24,993 bases of DNA from a bacterium (GTDB taxonomy: Bacteria > Methylomirabilota > Methylomirabilia > CAVQYV01): assembly GCA_043800755.1 (NCBI GenBank), contig JAZDMQ010000166.1, positions 1 through 24,993 of the forward strand, given 5' to 3'. The stretch's first letter is position 1. Every line of letters starts with the position of its first letter. Positions 9,454 through 19,849 of this stretch are shown piece after piece. The position numbers and the translations under genes are program-made. Below the pieces are notes generated by a model. It was not told where the DNA came from. It did not search any database and saw nothing but the letters and a program-made list of their open reading frames with translations.

Positions 9454-9586
9454 CAGCCTTCCTTTCCAAATCGGCGAGGAGATATCGGACGACGGGAAAT
9501 GGGAACGACTCCCAAGAGAGGGATCGGGTCAGGCAGGGAGGTCCGGCGAAGAGAGGACGACTCGGGCGGGGCAAAGGGGATAACCT

Positions 9587-10222
9587 TCATACCGCCATCA
9601 GGTAAGCCCAGACCCGATCAGGTAGGGATTCAAGATCTGTTTCCCGCACCAGGGTCAAAAGGTCGGGATCTCCGGTTCTTTCCAAGATAGATCGCCTCCT
9701 CTTCGGATCTTTCACCTCTTCGAGAATGCGAGGCCGCAAACTGGTTAAGACCTCCAACAGCACCTCAAATTCCCTGCCAAATCGCCCTTCCAGATCTCTT
9801 CGGATCCTCTTCGCCAAGGCGGGGCTCTTGCCCGCAGTCGAGATGCTCACCAGGAGATCGCCCCGACGAAAGTAAGAGGGGACCAGGAAATCGCAGGCCT
9901 CAGCGGAATCGGCGATATTGGCCAGGACCCCTTGCTCCTTGGCCTCCTTCCAGATCTGCTTCTGCAGTCGGCGGTCATTGGTCGCCACCACGCAGAGGAA
10001 GGCGCCCCTCAGGTCTCCCCTTCGGTATCTCCGGGGGAGGTGGTGAATGAGCTCGGTTGTGGCCATCGCCGCGAGCCTCGGGGTCACGTTGGGACTCACC
10101 AGAATCACCAGTCCCCCCGCCTCCAGAAGGGAAGCCACCTTTCTCTCGGCCACCGCTCCCCCCCCGATGACCAAACACCGCCTTTGGGAAAGGTTCATCA
10201 TCATGGGATAGTAAATGGACAT
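9587..10222 (-). CDS. Precorrin-2 dehydrogenase / sirohydrochlorin ferrochelatase (SirC/Met8/CysG N-terminal type)
   Basis: YYPMMMNL..CLVIGGGAVAERK, ANIAD..CDFLVP, ISTAGKSPALA. Confidence 0.9.
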   Translation of the reverse strand: MSIYYPMMMNLSQRRCLVIGGGAVAERKVASLLEAGGLVILVSPNVTPRLAAMATTELIHHLPRRYRRGDLRGAFLCVVATNDRRLQKQIWKEAKEQGVLANIADSAEACDFLVPSYFRRGDLLVSISTAGKSPALAKRIRRDLEGRFGREFEVLLEVLTSLRPRILEEVKDPKRRRSILERTGDPDLLTLVRETDLESLPDRVWAYLMAV

Positions 10223-10241
10223 CTTTCCTTTCCCCCGATCC

Positions 10242-10697
10242 CTACCTTCCCGTCCCCGCCTCCACCCTCACCAGCTCCACCCCTGCTTCCGTGAGCATGG
10301 TCGTGGCCAGCTCATCCGGGTAATCCCCAGAATAGAGGATCTGACAAATGCCGGTGTTGATGACCATCTTGGCACAGAGGGAGCAGGGTTGATGGGTGCA
10401 ATAGAGCATGGCCCCTTTGATGGCTACCCCGTAAAGGGCCGCCTGGAGGATGGCGTTCTGCTCCGCGTGAATTCCCCGGCAGATCTCATGCCTCTCTCCT
10501 GAAGGAACCCCCAGGTTCTCTCGCAGGCAGCCGACATCGAGGCAGTGAGGCAGGCCGGAAGGGGCTCCGTTATAGCCCGTAGCCAAAATGCGCTTGTCCT
10601 TCACGATCAGGGCCCCCACCTGCCTGCGGAGACAGGTCGATCTCTTGGCCACCAAGCGGGTAATCTCCAAAAAATACTCTTGCCAGATAGGCCTCAT
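10242..10697 (-). CDS. dCMP deaminase family protein
   Basis: [29 protein letters not shown] zinc motifs. Confidence 0.92.
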   Translation of the reverse strand: MRPIWQEYFLEITRLVAKRSTCLRRQVGALIVKDKRILATGYNGAPSGLPHCLDVGCLRENLGVPSGERHEICRGIHAEQNAILQAALYGVAIKGAMLYCTHQPCSLCAKMVINTGICQILYSGDYPDELATTMLTEAGVELVRVEAGTGR

Positions 10698-10700
10698 CGA

Positions 10701-11969
10701 TTAGGCCTCCTCCTCTTTTCCATCCTTCAGCCGACCTGGATAGATCGGAAATTGGGAACATAGTTCCTTCACCCGTGCTGCGATCTTCGCCCGGGCCTTT
10801 TCCTCTCCCGAATCCTGCAAGGCCCCATGGATCAGTTGGGCCACCTCGGCCATCTCTCCCTCTCTCATGCCCCGCGTCGTGAGGGTGGGGGTGCCGAGGC
10901 GGATCCCCGAGGCGACGCGCGGGGGACGCGGATCAAAGGGAATGGCGTTGCGGTTAACCGTAATACCCAACCGCTCCAGAGCCTCTTCTGCCCACCGACC
11001 CGTGATCCCCTGGGGGGTTAGATCCAGCAGCAGGAGGTGGTTATCGGTTCCCCCGGAGACCAGGCGGAATCCCACGCGCTCCAAAGCCTCGCCCAAAATT
11101 CGGGCGTTGGCGACCGTCTGCTGTTGATAGGCTCGAAACTCGGACGACATGGCCTCCTTGAAGGCCACCGCCTTGGCAGCAATAATATGCATGAGGGGAC
11201 CTCCCTGGATCCGGGGGAAGATCCCCTCGTCCAGCCGCCTGGCATGCTCGGCGGAGGCCATGATCATCCCCCCGCGAGGACCCCGGAGGGTCTTGTGGGT
11301 GGTGGTGGTGATGAAGTGGGCAAAGGGGACCGGACTGGGATGGACCCCGGCCGCGACTAGGCCCGCGATATGGGCGATATCTGCCAGCAAATAGGCCCCA
11401 ACCTCTTCTGCTACCTCTCGAAAGGCGGAGAAATCAAGGGTTCGCGGATAGGCGGAGGCCCCGGCGATCACCACCTTCGGCCGGTGCTCCCGGGCCATTC
11501 GCGTCACCTCCTGCATGTCGATCTGCTCCCTCTCTCGGTCTACCCCATAAAAAAAGGGTGAAAAAAGCTGGCCGCTGAAGCTCTTTGGGCTTCCGTGGGA
11601 GAGATGGCCGCCGTGGGAGAGGTCCATGCCCAAGAGCACATCCCCCGGTTGCATCACGGAGAGGAGGACGCCCATGTTAGCCTGGGTGCCTGAATGCGGT
11701 TGGACATTGACATACTCGGCCCCAAAGAGGGATTTGGCCCTCTCTATGGCCAGCCTCTCGACCTCGTCGACAAAGGTGCATCCACCATAATACCGGCGAC
11801 CTGGGTATCCCTCGGCATACTTGTTGGTCAGGGGACATCCAGCTGCCTCCAACACGGCCTCACTGGCAAGGTTTTCCGAGGCGATGAGGTCTAAGTGGCC
11901 AGCCTGCCTTTCTGTATCCAGGCGGATGGCCCGGGCTATCTCAGGATCCACATGGGACAACCTATCCAC
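10701..11969 (-). CDS. glyA: Serine hydroxymethyltransferase
   Basis: [45 protein letters not shown] start at 11969 with GGGAGG SD. Confidence 0.98.
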   Translation of the reverse strand: MDRLSHVDPEIARAIRLDTERQAGHLDLIASENLASEAVLEAAGCPLTNKYAEGYPGRRYYGGCTFVDEVERLAIERAKSLFGAEYVNVQPHSGTQANMGVLLSVMQPGDVLLGMDLSHGGHLSHGSPKSFSGQLFSPFFYGVDREREQIDMQEVTRMAREHRPKVVIAGASAYPRTLDFSAFREVAEEVGAYLLADIAHIAGLVAAGVHPSPVPFAHFITTTTHKTLRGPRGGMIMASAEHARRLDEGIFPRIQGGPLMHIIAAKAVAFKEAMSSEFRAYQQQTVANARILGEALERVGFRLVSGGTDNHLLLLDLTPQGITGRWAEEALERLGITVNRNAIPFDPRPPRVASGIRLGTPTLTTRGMREGEMAEVAQLIHGALQDSGEEKARAKIAARVKELCSQFPIYPGRLKDGKEEEA

Positions 11970-12465
11970 AGAGCCTCTCCTCCCATTCCCTGATCTTCTC
12001 CAACCGGCGCGCATGCCGACCGCCGAGGAATTCGGTCTCCAACCAAACCGTCACCATCTCCAGGGCCAGTCCCTTCCCCAATACCCTACCTCCCAGCACT
12101 AGGATATTCGCATCGTTATGCTCGCGACTCAGGCGTGTGGTGTAGAGATCATGGCAGAGGGCAGCCCGGATTCCAGGCTGCTTATTGGCCACGATGGACA
12201 TGCCGATACCCGTGCCACACACTAAAATACCACGATCGGCCTTTCCCTGGGAGACGGCAGAGGCAACCGCCATGCCAAAATCGGGGTAGTCCACCGAGGC
12301 CTCATTGCCGGTCCCAACATCCTCAATCTGGTGGCCCAATTCGGCCAGCAGGGGCTTGATCGCCTCCTTTAATTCCCAACCCCCATGGTCGGCTCCTATC
12401 ACGATTTTGAAGCACCCGCTCGCCGGCCGGGAGGGGCCTTCCCGATCGATCGGTTTCTTATTCAT
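11962..12465 (-). CDS. rpiB: Ribose-5-phosphate isomerase B
   Basis: [39 protein letters not shown]. Confidence 0.95.
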   Translation of the reverse strand: MNKKPIDREGPSRPASGCFKIVIGADHGGWELKEAIKPLLAELGHQIEDVGTGNEASVDYPDFGMAVASAVSQGKADRGILVCGTGIGMSIVANKQPGIRAALCHDLYTTRLSREHNDANILVLGGRVLGKGLALEMVTVWLETEFLGGRHARRLEKIREWEERLCG

Positions 12466-12522
12466 TCATCTTGGCTCACGAAGTTCAAGGCAAGCTGCGG
12501 GGACGACGCTCTCCCTGTGCTT

Positions 12523-13002
12523 CTAAGAGCCTGCCTCCTTTGCAGAGGGTAAATGGTTGCGAATCTTCTCCAGCAGCCCGGACATGGACTCTTCAATCCG
12601 GGAGAGGCAGTTGCGGTAATCTTCCTCATCTCCCCCAAAGGGATCCTGAATCTCCGACCCCCCATTGCGGGCAAATCCTCGCAGCAAGAAGAGCTTTTCC
12701 TTGGTCTGGGGGTGGAGGGATGCGATCAGGGCGAGTTGGTATGGGTCCATCACCAGTATGAGGTCGGCCTGCTCAGCCAGGAAGCGATCCAACTGCCGCC
12801 CTCGGTGTTGTGAGAGGTCGATTCCGCGGCACGCCAGGAGCGCCTGAGCCATCGGGGGCGCCTCTTCTTCTGCCAGGGCGTGGATCCCCGCAGAGGAGAC
12901 CTCAACCCCGCTCAGGCCTTCCCTCTTTAGACTATCCCTCAGGATGGCCTCGGCCATGGGGCTCCGACAGATGTTTCCCGTGCAGACGAAGAGCACCTTC
13001 AT
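12523..13002 (-). CDS. Low-molecular-weight protein tyrosine/arginine phosphatase
   Basis: VCTGNICRSPMAE P-loop, SSAG, IQDPFGG. Confidence 0.93.
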   Translation of the reverse strand: MKVLFVCTGNICRSPMAEAILRDSLKREGLSGVEVSSAGIHALAEEEAPPMAQALLACRGIDLSQHRGRQLDRFLAEQADLILVMDPYQLALIASLHPQTKEKLFLLRGFARNGGSEIQDPFGGDEEDYRNCLSRIEESMSGLLEKIRNHLPSAKEAGS

Positions 13003-13029
13003 TGCTGAAAAGAATGAAACGGGTGGCTA

Positions 13030-13797
13030 CTAATCCATCCCGGGGTGGCGGGAGACAGGGGTATTGGTATAGACCACGATTTCCTCCCCGTTGAAAGTCC
13101 GAACCTGCTTGTAGATGGTATTCCGGCGGGCTGAGCCGGGGGAGGCCGTGGGCCCTCTTGCCCCCGGGCTGTTGCCTTTCTTTCGGGGGGTTCCGACCAA
13201 ATGAGATTCGAGGGAGGAATCGTAGAGGGCCAACACCCTCTGGACATAGGCCCTGGTTTCGGGGTAGGGGGGGACGGATTGATAGCGGAGGACCGCATTT
13301 TCTCCTGCGTTATAAGCGGCCAGGGCCAAGATCAAGTCTCCATCAAAGAGATCCAAGAGATATCGCAGGTATCTCACCCCGCCACGGATGTTCTCCTTGG
13401 GGTCAAAGGGGTTGGCCACCCTGAGGTCCTGTGCGGTTTCCGGCATCAGCTGCATGAGTCCCTGGGCGCCCTTCACCGAGACGGCCATGGGATTGAAGCC
13501 CGATTCTACTCGGATGACGGAACGGATCAGGGTCGGGTCCATCTGGTACTGATTCGAGATGGCCTGGATGTCCTGGTCATATTTGGTGATGCAGCGGGAG
13601 AGCAGGGGAGAAAAGGTCCTCCGTTCTACCAGCTTGTATCGGGGATCCGTGGGGACATTGGTGAAATGGTGGACCCCGTATTCATCGGTGTAGGCGTAGA
13701 GGGCAGCAGGCAGGTTGCCCGGCAGGGCCAAGACGACCCCCAGAAGGGAAACCAAGAGGCTGATGGAGTTGAAGGGTGAGATTCTTTTGCCGCTCAT
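13030..13797 (-). CDS. Exported SLT-type lytic transglycosylase with N-terminal DUF4124-like segment
   Basis: Signal peptide, YTDEYGVHHFTNVP, VIRVESGFNPMAVSVKGAQGLMQLMP, ALAAYNAG, PPYPETRAYV. Start reassigned to ATG 13797. Confidence 0.9.
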   Translation of the reverse strand: MSGKRISPFNSISLLVSLLGVVLALPGNLPAALYAYTDEYGVHHFTNVPTDPRYKLVERRTFSPLLSRCITKYDQDIQAISNQYQMDPTLIRSVIRVESGFNPMAVSVKGAQGLMQLMPETAQDLRVANPFDPKENIRGGVRYLRYLLDLFDGDLILALAAYNAGENAVLRYQSVPPYPETRAYVQRVLALYDSSLESHLVGTPRKKGNSPGARGPTASPGSARRNTIYKQVRTFNGEEIVVYTNTPVSRHPGMD

Positions 13798-13821
13798 AGT
13801 GGATGTCGAATTTAGGGCGCC

Positions 13822-13897
13822 ATTCTTATCCCCTTTGGGCCGATTTGTCAAGGGAATTGATGAATTCCCTTGCGCCCCCTTCCCCATAGGCTATAAT
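13822..13897. promoter_or_regulatory. Back-to-back sigma70-like promoters with a central 10-bp-arm palindrome
   Basis: Minus: TTGACA (13851-13846) with TAAGAAT 17 nt away. Plus: TTGCGC (13870)-N16-TATAAT (13892). CAAGGGAATT-gatg-AATTCCCTTG at 13849-13872. Confidence 0.55.
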
Positions 13898-13928
13898 GCC
13901 AGGGACCGTACAGGAGAGGAGGGCCTTG

Positions 13929-14732
13929 ATGGAAGAGAGGGTAGGCGAACTCTTTGCTGGATTGATGCAGATTATGGAACGGCTGAGGGGAGAAAAGGGC
14001 TGTCCCTGGGATCGGGAACAGACCCACGAATCCCTGAAGCCTTTTCTGATCGAAGAGGCCTATGAGGTCTTGGAGGCCATGGAGGCCAATGACGGGGAAA
14101 AGTTCCAGGAAGAGTTGGGCGACCTCTTATTTCAGATCATTTTTCATGCCCAGATCAGCGCAGAACAAGGCGCATTTACCATGGAGCAGTTGTTGGAGAA
14201 GATCAGTGAGAAGATGATCCGCCGCCACCCTCATGTTTTTTCCAATGCCGCAGTAGCGGATGCCCAGGAAGTCCTCTTCAACTGGGAGGAGATCAAGAGG
14301 AAGGAAAAAGGAGGGAACAAGGCCGGCTCGGCCCTCGATGGAATTCCCCGCGAGCTCCCTGCCCTGTTGCGTGCCCACCGCCTCCAGGATCGGGCTTCAC
14401 GGTTAGGGTTCGACTGGCCCGATGCCGAGGGTGCGTATGAAAAGGCCGAGGAAGAGATGACCGAATTGAAATCGGCCCTGGAAAAGGGGGATCGGAGACA
14501 GATGGAGGAGGAATTGGGGGATCTCCTCTTCTCCCTGGTCAACATCGCCCGCTTCATCGAGGCGAACCCGGAGGAGGCCCTGCGCAGAGCGATCGCGCGC
14601 TTCATTCAACGCTTTCACCACATCGAGGAGGGATTCAAGGAGCAGGGACGAGAGATCCAAAAGGGGGATATGGAAGAGATGGAGCGACTGTGGCAGGAGG
14701 CGAAGGAGAGGGAGCGGGCCAAGAGGGCATAG
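13929..14732 (+). CDS. mazG: Nucleoside triphosphate pyrophosphohydrolase MazG
   Basis: GCPWDREQTHESL, EEAYEV, EELGDLL twice, RRHPHVF, GFDW. Confidence 0.96.
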   Translation: MEERVGELFAGLMQIMERLRGEKGCPWDREQTHESLKPFLIEEAYEVLEAMEANDGEKFQEELGDLLFQIIFHAQISAEQGAFTMEQLLEKISEKMIRRHPHVFSNAAVADAQEVLFNWEEIKRKEKGGNKAGSALDGIPRELPALLRAHRLQDRASRLGFDWPDAEGAYEKAEEEMTELKSALEKGDRRQMEEELGDLLFSLVNIARFIEANPEEALRRAIARFIQRFHHIEEGFKEQGREIQKGDMEEMERLWQEAKERERAKRA

Positions 14733-14893
14733 GCAGTGCGATGCCGGGACGATTCTTGCGCTTTGAGGGTTCTCACAGCTTGCTGGGCGGGCTTCGAGAC
14801 GAAAGGGGAGAGCAGAGGGAAGCTCCCCCTCGATGAGAGCAGGACAGGCAACCTCCCGGCACAGATCGGCCCCGGAGAGTCCACAATTTCGTC

Positions 14894-14922
14894 TTTACGC
14901 CCCCTTTCCTTTTGTGCTATAT
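14894..14922 (+). promoter_or_regulatory. Putative sigma70 promoter TTTACG-N17-TATATT with extended -10 TG
   Basis: Hexamers and spacing read directly in an AT-richer intergenic patch. Confidence 0.45.
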
Positions 14923-15086
14923 TTTAACTCACTCCCCTGGGTATCCCTCCGGAGTTCTTGGATGGCAAAGGAGACAGGGGTCGATCAGAGAGATGGTGGC
15001 TCGATTCCGAATTGAAGCAGCGCCCCCCCTGGGGCCTTGCTTGCCCTTTTTATCTCATTATCTCGCTTATGGAAAAGGAGGGTTTC

Positions 15087-15764
15087 ATGCGAAGGGGCGG
15101 CATACTTGCGATTGCAGTTCTATTATTGGCAGGAATCCCCGCATTGGCAGCGGATCGGACCCTGGTCATCGACAACTTCTCCGGCAAGGTGGATTCCAAG
15201 GGAATCCCCCTCGGCTGGGAGCTCAAGGAGAACACCGGAAAGGCGGACTTCAAGGTAGAGTGCGAAAGGGGCAATTATTTCTTCCACCTCCGTAGCGAGG
15301 ATACCTCTTGGACCCTGGTCAAGTCAGTGAATTTTGATATCCGGGAATATCCCATCCTGACCTGGCGCTGGAAGCTGACCAAACTCCCCAAGGGAGGGGA
15401 TGTCCGGAAGAAGGAGACGGATGATCAGGCGGGCCAACTGTATGTTCAATTCCCCCGGTTTCCCGAACAGGTGAGAAGCCAGATTATCGGCTATGTCTGG
15501 GATGCCTCAACCCCCAAAGGCACTGTTTTGGACAGCCCCTCGGCCAACCCTCCTCCCACCAAGATCGTGGTCCTGCAAGGTGGAGAAGAGAAGCTGGGCC
15601 AATGGATCACCGAAAAGCGCAACGTCTATGAGGACTACAAGAACCTGTTTGGCGAAGAGATTCCCCCCAAGGTGAAGAGGGTCTCCCTGTGGATCAACAC
15701 CCAGCACACCAAATCCTCAGCGGAGTGCTTTTTTGACGATATTGTTTTTCAGAAAGCCCATTGA
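15087..15764 (+). CDS. Exported DUF3047-like protein
   Basis: AAGGAGG SD, signal peptide, PILTWRWK, TDDQAGQLYV, IGYVWD, WITEKRNVYEDYK, FFDDI. Confidence 0.8.
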   Translation: MRRGGILAIAVLLLAGIPALAADRTLVIDNFSGKVDSKGIPLGWELKENTGKADFKVECERGNYFFHLRSEDTSWTLVKSVNFDIREYPILTWRWKLTKLPKGGDVRKKETDDQAGQLYVQFPRFPEQVRSQIIGYVWDASTPKGTVLDSPSANPPPTKIVVLQGGEEKLGQWITEKRNVYEDYKNLFGEEIPPKVKRVSLWINTQHTKSSAECFFDDIVFQKAH

Positions 15765-15786
15765 AAATGGGTGATGGAGACGAATC

Positions 15787-16324
15787 TTGGCATTCATGCG
15801 GGCTCTCACGCTCTTTTCGGTGACCACTGCCGCTCTCTCCCAGGCAGGACTTCCATTTCGGTCACTGGAGGATCTTCGCCAGGGCAGCGCCCTCTATCAC
15901 GATTTCACCAATCGCCTCCTAATGGAGCGAGGATACGAGGCGCCATTGCTCTCTGCCCAGGAGGCGGGCGGGAGGTTGGCAGAGATCGCCTCCGAGCATG
16001 ATTTTACCCTTTATGAGTACTTCCAGACCGATATCGCGGGCCACAGTCAGGATTATGAGAAGATGCCGAGAGGAGATTGAAAAGATGGATGCCTTCGTCG
16101 ACTCGGCCCTGGCCCACCTCGACCTGGAGCATACCGTTTTGCTCCTCGCCAGCGATCACGGGAATATAGAAGATGTCAGCATCCCCGGCCATACCTCCAA
16201 CCTTACTCCCACGGTCCTGTGGGGAAAGGGAAGGGAAGCCGTGGGGTCAGCGATTACCTCCATTGCGGATACAGCGCCCGCACTCATTCGATTCCTCACG
16301 GGCGATTCAGGGACAGGAAATTAG
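15787..16324 (+). pseudogene. 5'-truncated, frameshifted metalloenzyme (alkaline phosphatase/iPGM superfamily)
   Basis: Frame A has HDFTLYEYFQTDIAGH; frame B continues REEIEKMDAF..LASDHGNIED..HTSN. Frame switch near 16060; the N-terminal half is absent. Confidence 0.75.
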
Positions 16325-16328
16325 CCCC

Positions 16329-17117
16329 GTGAGCCAGAAGATCTTCATCCATCTGCCCTATGCGGAATTGATTCAGCGCCTGGAGACATTAGCCAGGGAA
16401 CGGCTCTGCCCCGAGATCTATCTTCCCGCCCATGTGCTGGAGGAGGTTCCCCTCTCCTCCCTGGAGGCGCTGGCCGCCTCCTTAGAGGAATATCGGCTAC
16501 CGTGTACCATCCATGGGCCGTTCCTGGATTTGAATGCCGGGTCGCGGGATGAACGCATCCGGGAGGTCACTCTGGCCCGTTACGCCCAGGCCTTTGCCGC
16601 GGCCCGTCTATTCAAGCCCCTGCAGATGGTGCTTCATCCCGGCTATGATCGCTGGCACTATGGAGACGCCGAGGATGAGGAGCGGTGGTTGGAGCAGAGC
16701 ATGAGAAGCTGGGAGTGGGCCCTAAAGGAGACCCAGGCCCAGGGCCTCACCCTGGCCCTGGAGAATGTCTTTGAGCATCGGCCACAGATCTTGGCCAGAT
16801 TGCTGCAGCGAATGAATGAGGGGCGTTTGCGAGCCTGTTTTGACATCGGCCATTGCCATCTCTTCTCCGCTTGCCCGGTCGGCGAGTGGATCGGCGAGCT
16901 TGCCCCCTTTCTGGTCGAGGTCCACCTCCACGACAACCTGGGGGTGGACGATGACCACCTTGGCATTGGGGAAGGGAAGATCGACTTTCCGACCCTCTTC
17001 CAGCACCTTGAGGGGAATGGAGTCAGTCCTCATCTTACGATTGAGGCCTTTAATGAGAGTCGGGTGCGCATGAGCCTGCAGGCTCTGCAGAGGTATGGGC
17101 ATGGACAGGAAAGATAA
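16329..17117 (+). CDS. Sugar phosphate isomerase/epimerase (AP endonuclease 2 TIM-barrel) family protein
   Basis: TIHGPFLDLN, VLHPG, LENVFE, CFDIGH, VHLHDN.G..DDHL metal ligands; GTG start at 16329. Confidence 0.88.
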   Translation: MSQKIFIHLPYAELIQRLETLARERLCPEIYLPAHVLEEVPLSSLEALAASLEEYRLPCTIHGPFLDLNAGSRDERIREVTLARYAQAFAAARLFKPLQMVLHPGYDRWHYGDAEDEERWLEQSMRSWEWALKETQAQGLTLALENVFEHRPQILARLLQRMNEGRLRACFDIGHCHLFSACPVGEWIGELAPFLVEVHLHDNLGVDDDHLGIGEGKIDFPTLFQHLEGNGVSPHLTIEAFNESRVRMSLQALQRYGHGQER

Positions 17118-18408
17118 GCAGGGACGGGTCCTAATCCCTCTTCTCCTCCTTGGGCTCTCGCTTCTCTTCCCGGGCCCGGGAATGGCGGAAGAAGGCCCCT
17201 TCGTTTCGGTGGTGCGGATCGAGGGAATCATCTCCGCACACACCTCCGAATTCATGATCTCCGCCATCCATCAAGCCCAGAGGGAAGGAGCAGAGGCCCT
17301 GGTGATCGAACTGGATACCCCGGGAGGTCTGGATATCTCCATGCGGGAGATCCTCAAGGAGATGCTGGGTTCTCCCACGCCCATTGTCGTCTATGTCTCT
17401 CCCAGCGGGGCCCGGGCGGCCTCGGCCGGGGTCTTTATCACCATCGCGGCCCATGTGGCGGCCATGGCACCCGGAACCAATATCGGGGCTGCTCATCCGG
17501 TGAGCATGGGCGGCGAGAAGATGGATAAGGAGATGTCCAAGAAGGTAGTCAACGACGCCGCGGCCTATCTGCGATCGATCTCGGAGCAGAGGGGACGCAA
17601 TGCCAAATGGGCGGAGGAGGCTGTGCGAAGATCGGTCTCGGCGACGGAGAAGGAGGCCCTGAACCTCCGCATCATCGACCTCGTCTCCCCCTCTCTGGAG
17701 GATCTCCTGAGCAAGATTGATGGCCGGACGGTGAAGACCCCGAAAGGGACGGTCACCCTTCATACCAAGGGGATTCCGGTCAAGCGGGTGGAGATGGGCT
17801 TCCGGGACAAGGTATTGAAGGTCATCTCCGACCCCACCATCGCCTATATCTTTTTGATTCTGGGATTCTATGGACTCTTCTTCGAGCTCTCCAACCCGGG
17901 CTCCATCTTGCCCGGTATCGTGGGGGGTATTTTCCTCATCTTGGCCTTCTTCGCCTTCCAGAGTCTCCCGGTGAACTATGCGGGACTCCTCCTCATCCTC
18001 TTTGCCATGATCCTGTTTCTCGCGGAGGTCAAAGTGATGTCTCACGGCCTGCTGACGACAGGAGGGATTATCTCCATGATCCTCGGATCCCTCATGCTGG
18101 TGGATTCCCCCACCCCCTCCCTGCGCATTTCGAGGACGGTCATCCTGGTGGCGGTCCTGGTCACGACCGGCTTCTTCGTCTTTGTGGTGACCAAAGGCCT
18201 TCATATCCAGATGAAGAAGCCCACCACGGGCAGAGAGGGGTTGGTAGGAGAAATTGGAGTGGTCCGCTCCCGGATCGATCCTGAAGGCCAGATTACTGTC
18301 CGGGGCGAGATTTGGATGGCATTTTGCGAAGAGACCCTGGAGGCGGGGGAGAAGGTCCGGGTGCTCGAGGTGGTGGGCTTGAAAGTGAAAGTGGAAAAGG
18401 TTGGATGA
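17095..18408 (+). CDS. nfeD: NfeD membrane-bound ClpP-class serine protease (long form)
   Basis: LDTPGG, ARAASAG, APGTNIGAAHPV, TM region, C-terminal OB fold (VRGEIWMA). Confidence 0.93.
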   Translation: MGMDRKDKQGRVLIPLLLLGLSLLFPGPGMAEEGPFVSVVRIEGIISAHTSEFMISAIHQAQREGAEALVIELDTPGGLDISMREILKEMLGSPTPIVVYVSPSGARAASAGVFITIAAHVAAMAPGTNIGAAHPVSMGGEKMDKEMSKKVVNDAAAYLRSISEQRGRNAKWAEEAVRRSVSATEKEALNLRIIDLVSPSLEDLLSKIDGRTVKTPKGTVTLHTKGIPVKRVEMGFRDKVLKVISDPTIAYIFLILGFYGLFFELSNPGSILPGIVGGIFLILAFFAFQSLPVNYAGLLLILFAMILFLAEVKVMSHGLLTTGGIISMILGSLMLVDSPTPSLRISRTVILVAVLVTTGFFVFVVTKGLHIQMKKPTTGREGLVGEIGVVRSRIDPEGQITVRGEIWMAFCEETLEAGEKVRVLEVVGLKVKVEKVG

Positions 18409-18629
18409 AATGCATCTCCCCAGGGCAGTCCGGGCAGCCGGCTCCCGAATTGGCGAGCGAATAGAATGGATCAAAACGCCTTACGTTTGGAGATTTCCCC
18501 CACGCTGCGGGGGAGAGTTTCCAATAGCCGAAGGGGCTGTTTTTCCGGCTCAATCCTTTTGAGGGCCATCCACTCCCCGCTTCGGGGAAGAGGCAATTCT
18601 GCCAGTGAACCTTTGCCAGGAGGTGGACC

Positions 18630-19409
18630 GTGTTAATGGGATCGTCGATCGTCTATTTGTTCCTCATCTTTATGGGAATCCTCATCCTGGGGCAAGCGAT
18701 CCGTGTGCTCCGGGAATACGAGCGAGGCGTCATCTTCCGGTTGGGCAGGTTGGTGGGAGCCAAGGGTCCGGGCCTTATCCTCCTCATCCCCGTCATCGAT
18801 AAGATGGTGAAGGTGAGCCTGCGCACTGTGGCCATGGATATCCCCTCCCAGGATATCATCTCCCGGGACAACGTCTCCCTCAAGGTCAATGCGGTCCTCT
18901 ATTTTCGCGTCATTGATCCACAGAAAGCCATCGTGGAGATCGAAGATTACCTCTATGCGACCTCCCAGATTGCCCAGACGACCCTTCGCTCCGTGCTGGG
19001 TCAATCCGAGATGGATGAGTTGCTGGCTTCCCGGGACAAGCTCAATCAACTGCTGCAACAGATTATCGATCAGCATACCGATCCCTGGGGGGTGAAAGTC
19101 AGCGCGGTGGAGGTCAAGGTTGTGGATCTTCCCCCCGAGATGCAGCGGGCGATGGCCAAGCAAGCGGAGGCGGAGCGGGAGAAGCGAGCGAAGATCATCC
19201 ATGCCGAGGGCGAACTGATGGCCTCAGTGAAACTCGCCCAGGCGGCCAAGATCATTGCTTCCGAGCCCCAGACCCTGCAGCTTCGATATCTGCAAACCCT
19301 CAGTGAGATAGCCACGGAAAAGAACTCCACCATCGTCTTCCCTGTGCCCATCGATCTGATCACGCCCTTCCTAGACATGGCTCGGGAGAAGAGTGGAGAG
19401 GCAAAATGA
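18630..19409 (+). CDS. Stomatin-like SPFH/band 7 (slipin) protein
   Basis: [47 protein letters not shown]; canonical partner of nfeD. Confidence 0.95.
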   Translation: MLMGSSIVYLFLIFMGILILGQAIRVLREYERGVIFRLGRLVGAKGPGLILLIPVIDKMVKVSLRTVAMDIPSQDIISRDNVSLKVNAVLYFRVIDPQKAIVEIEDYLYATSQIAQTTLRSVLGQSEMDELLASRDKLNQLLQQIIDQHTDPWGVKVSAVEVKVVDLPPEMQRAMAKQAEAEREKRAKIIHAEGELMASVKLAQAAKIIASEPQTLQLRYLQTLSEIATEKNSTIVFPVPIDLITPFLDMAREKSGEAK

Positions 19410-19780
19410 CGGCAAAGCAGCGGAAGTTGAAGGCGGGAGCCTTCCATCTCCAAGATCTACCGGCACATCGCTTGGTGGAGGGAGCCGAATCCAAGCTGCT
19501 ATTCGGAGAGAAAGTGATGCTTTCCTTCATCGAGATCGCCCCCCATACCCATTTCCCTCGCCATCGCCATCCGGAGGAGCAGTTCATGGTGGTGTTGGAG
19601 GGCGAGGTCGATGAGATCATCGGCGACCAGACCATTCGCCTGCGCAAGGGGGATGTGTGCTATCTGCCCTCTGATGTCGAGCATGGGGGCTACACCTATG
19701 AATCCTCTTGCCGGGCCATTGACATCTTCAGCCCACCCCGGGGGGACTACCGTGCCATGGTAAAGCAGGGGGGCAAGTAG
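19406..19780 (+). CDS. Cupin domain protein
   Basis: HRHPEEQ...[23 protein letters not shown]. Confidence 0.88.
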   Translation: MTAKQRKLKAGAFHLQDLPAHRLVEGAESKLLFGEKVMLSFIEIAPHTHFPRHRHPEEQFMVVLEGEVDEIIGDQTIRLRKGDVCYLPSDVEHGGYTYESSCRAIDIFSPPRGDYRAMVKQGGK

Positions 19781-19849
19781 CAGGGAGATCAATATAAGGG
19801 AATGCTCCGCCATCTGGAATGGAGGTTAAGAGGTTAAAGGGAAATGGTT

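Noticed and set aside
14930..15040. Riboswitch or 6S RNA in the leader of the DUF3047 gene
   Set aside because: A CCCCTG/CAGGGG stem is possible, but no conserved family motifs were recognisable
17131..18474. Long antisense ORFs (also 4096-5130, 7158-7889, 19834-20691)
   Set aside because: Shadow frames of well-supported genes, expected in GC-rich DNA
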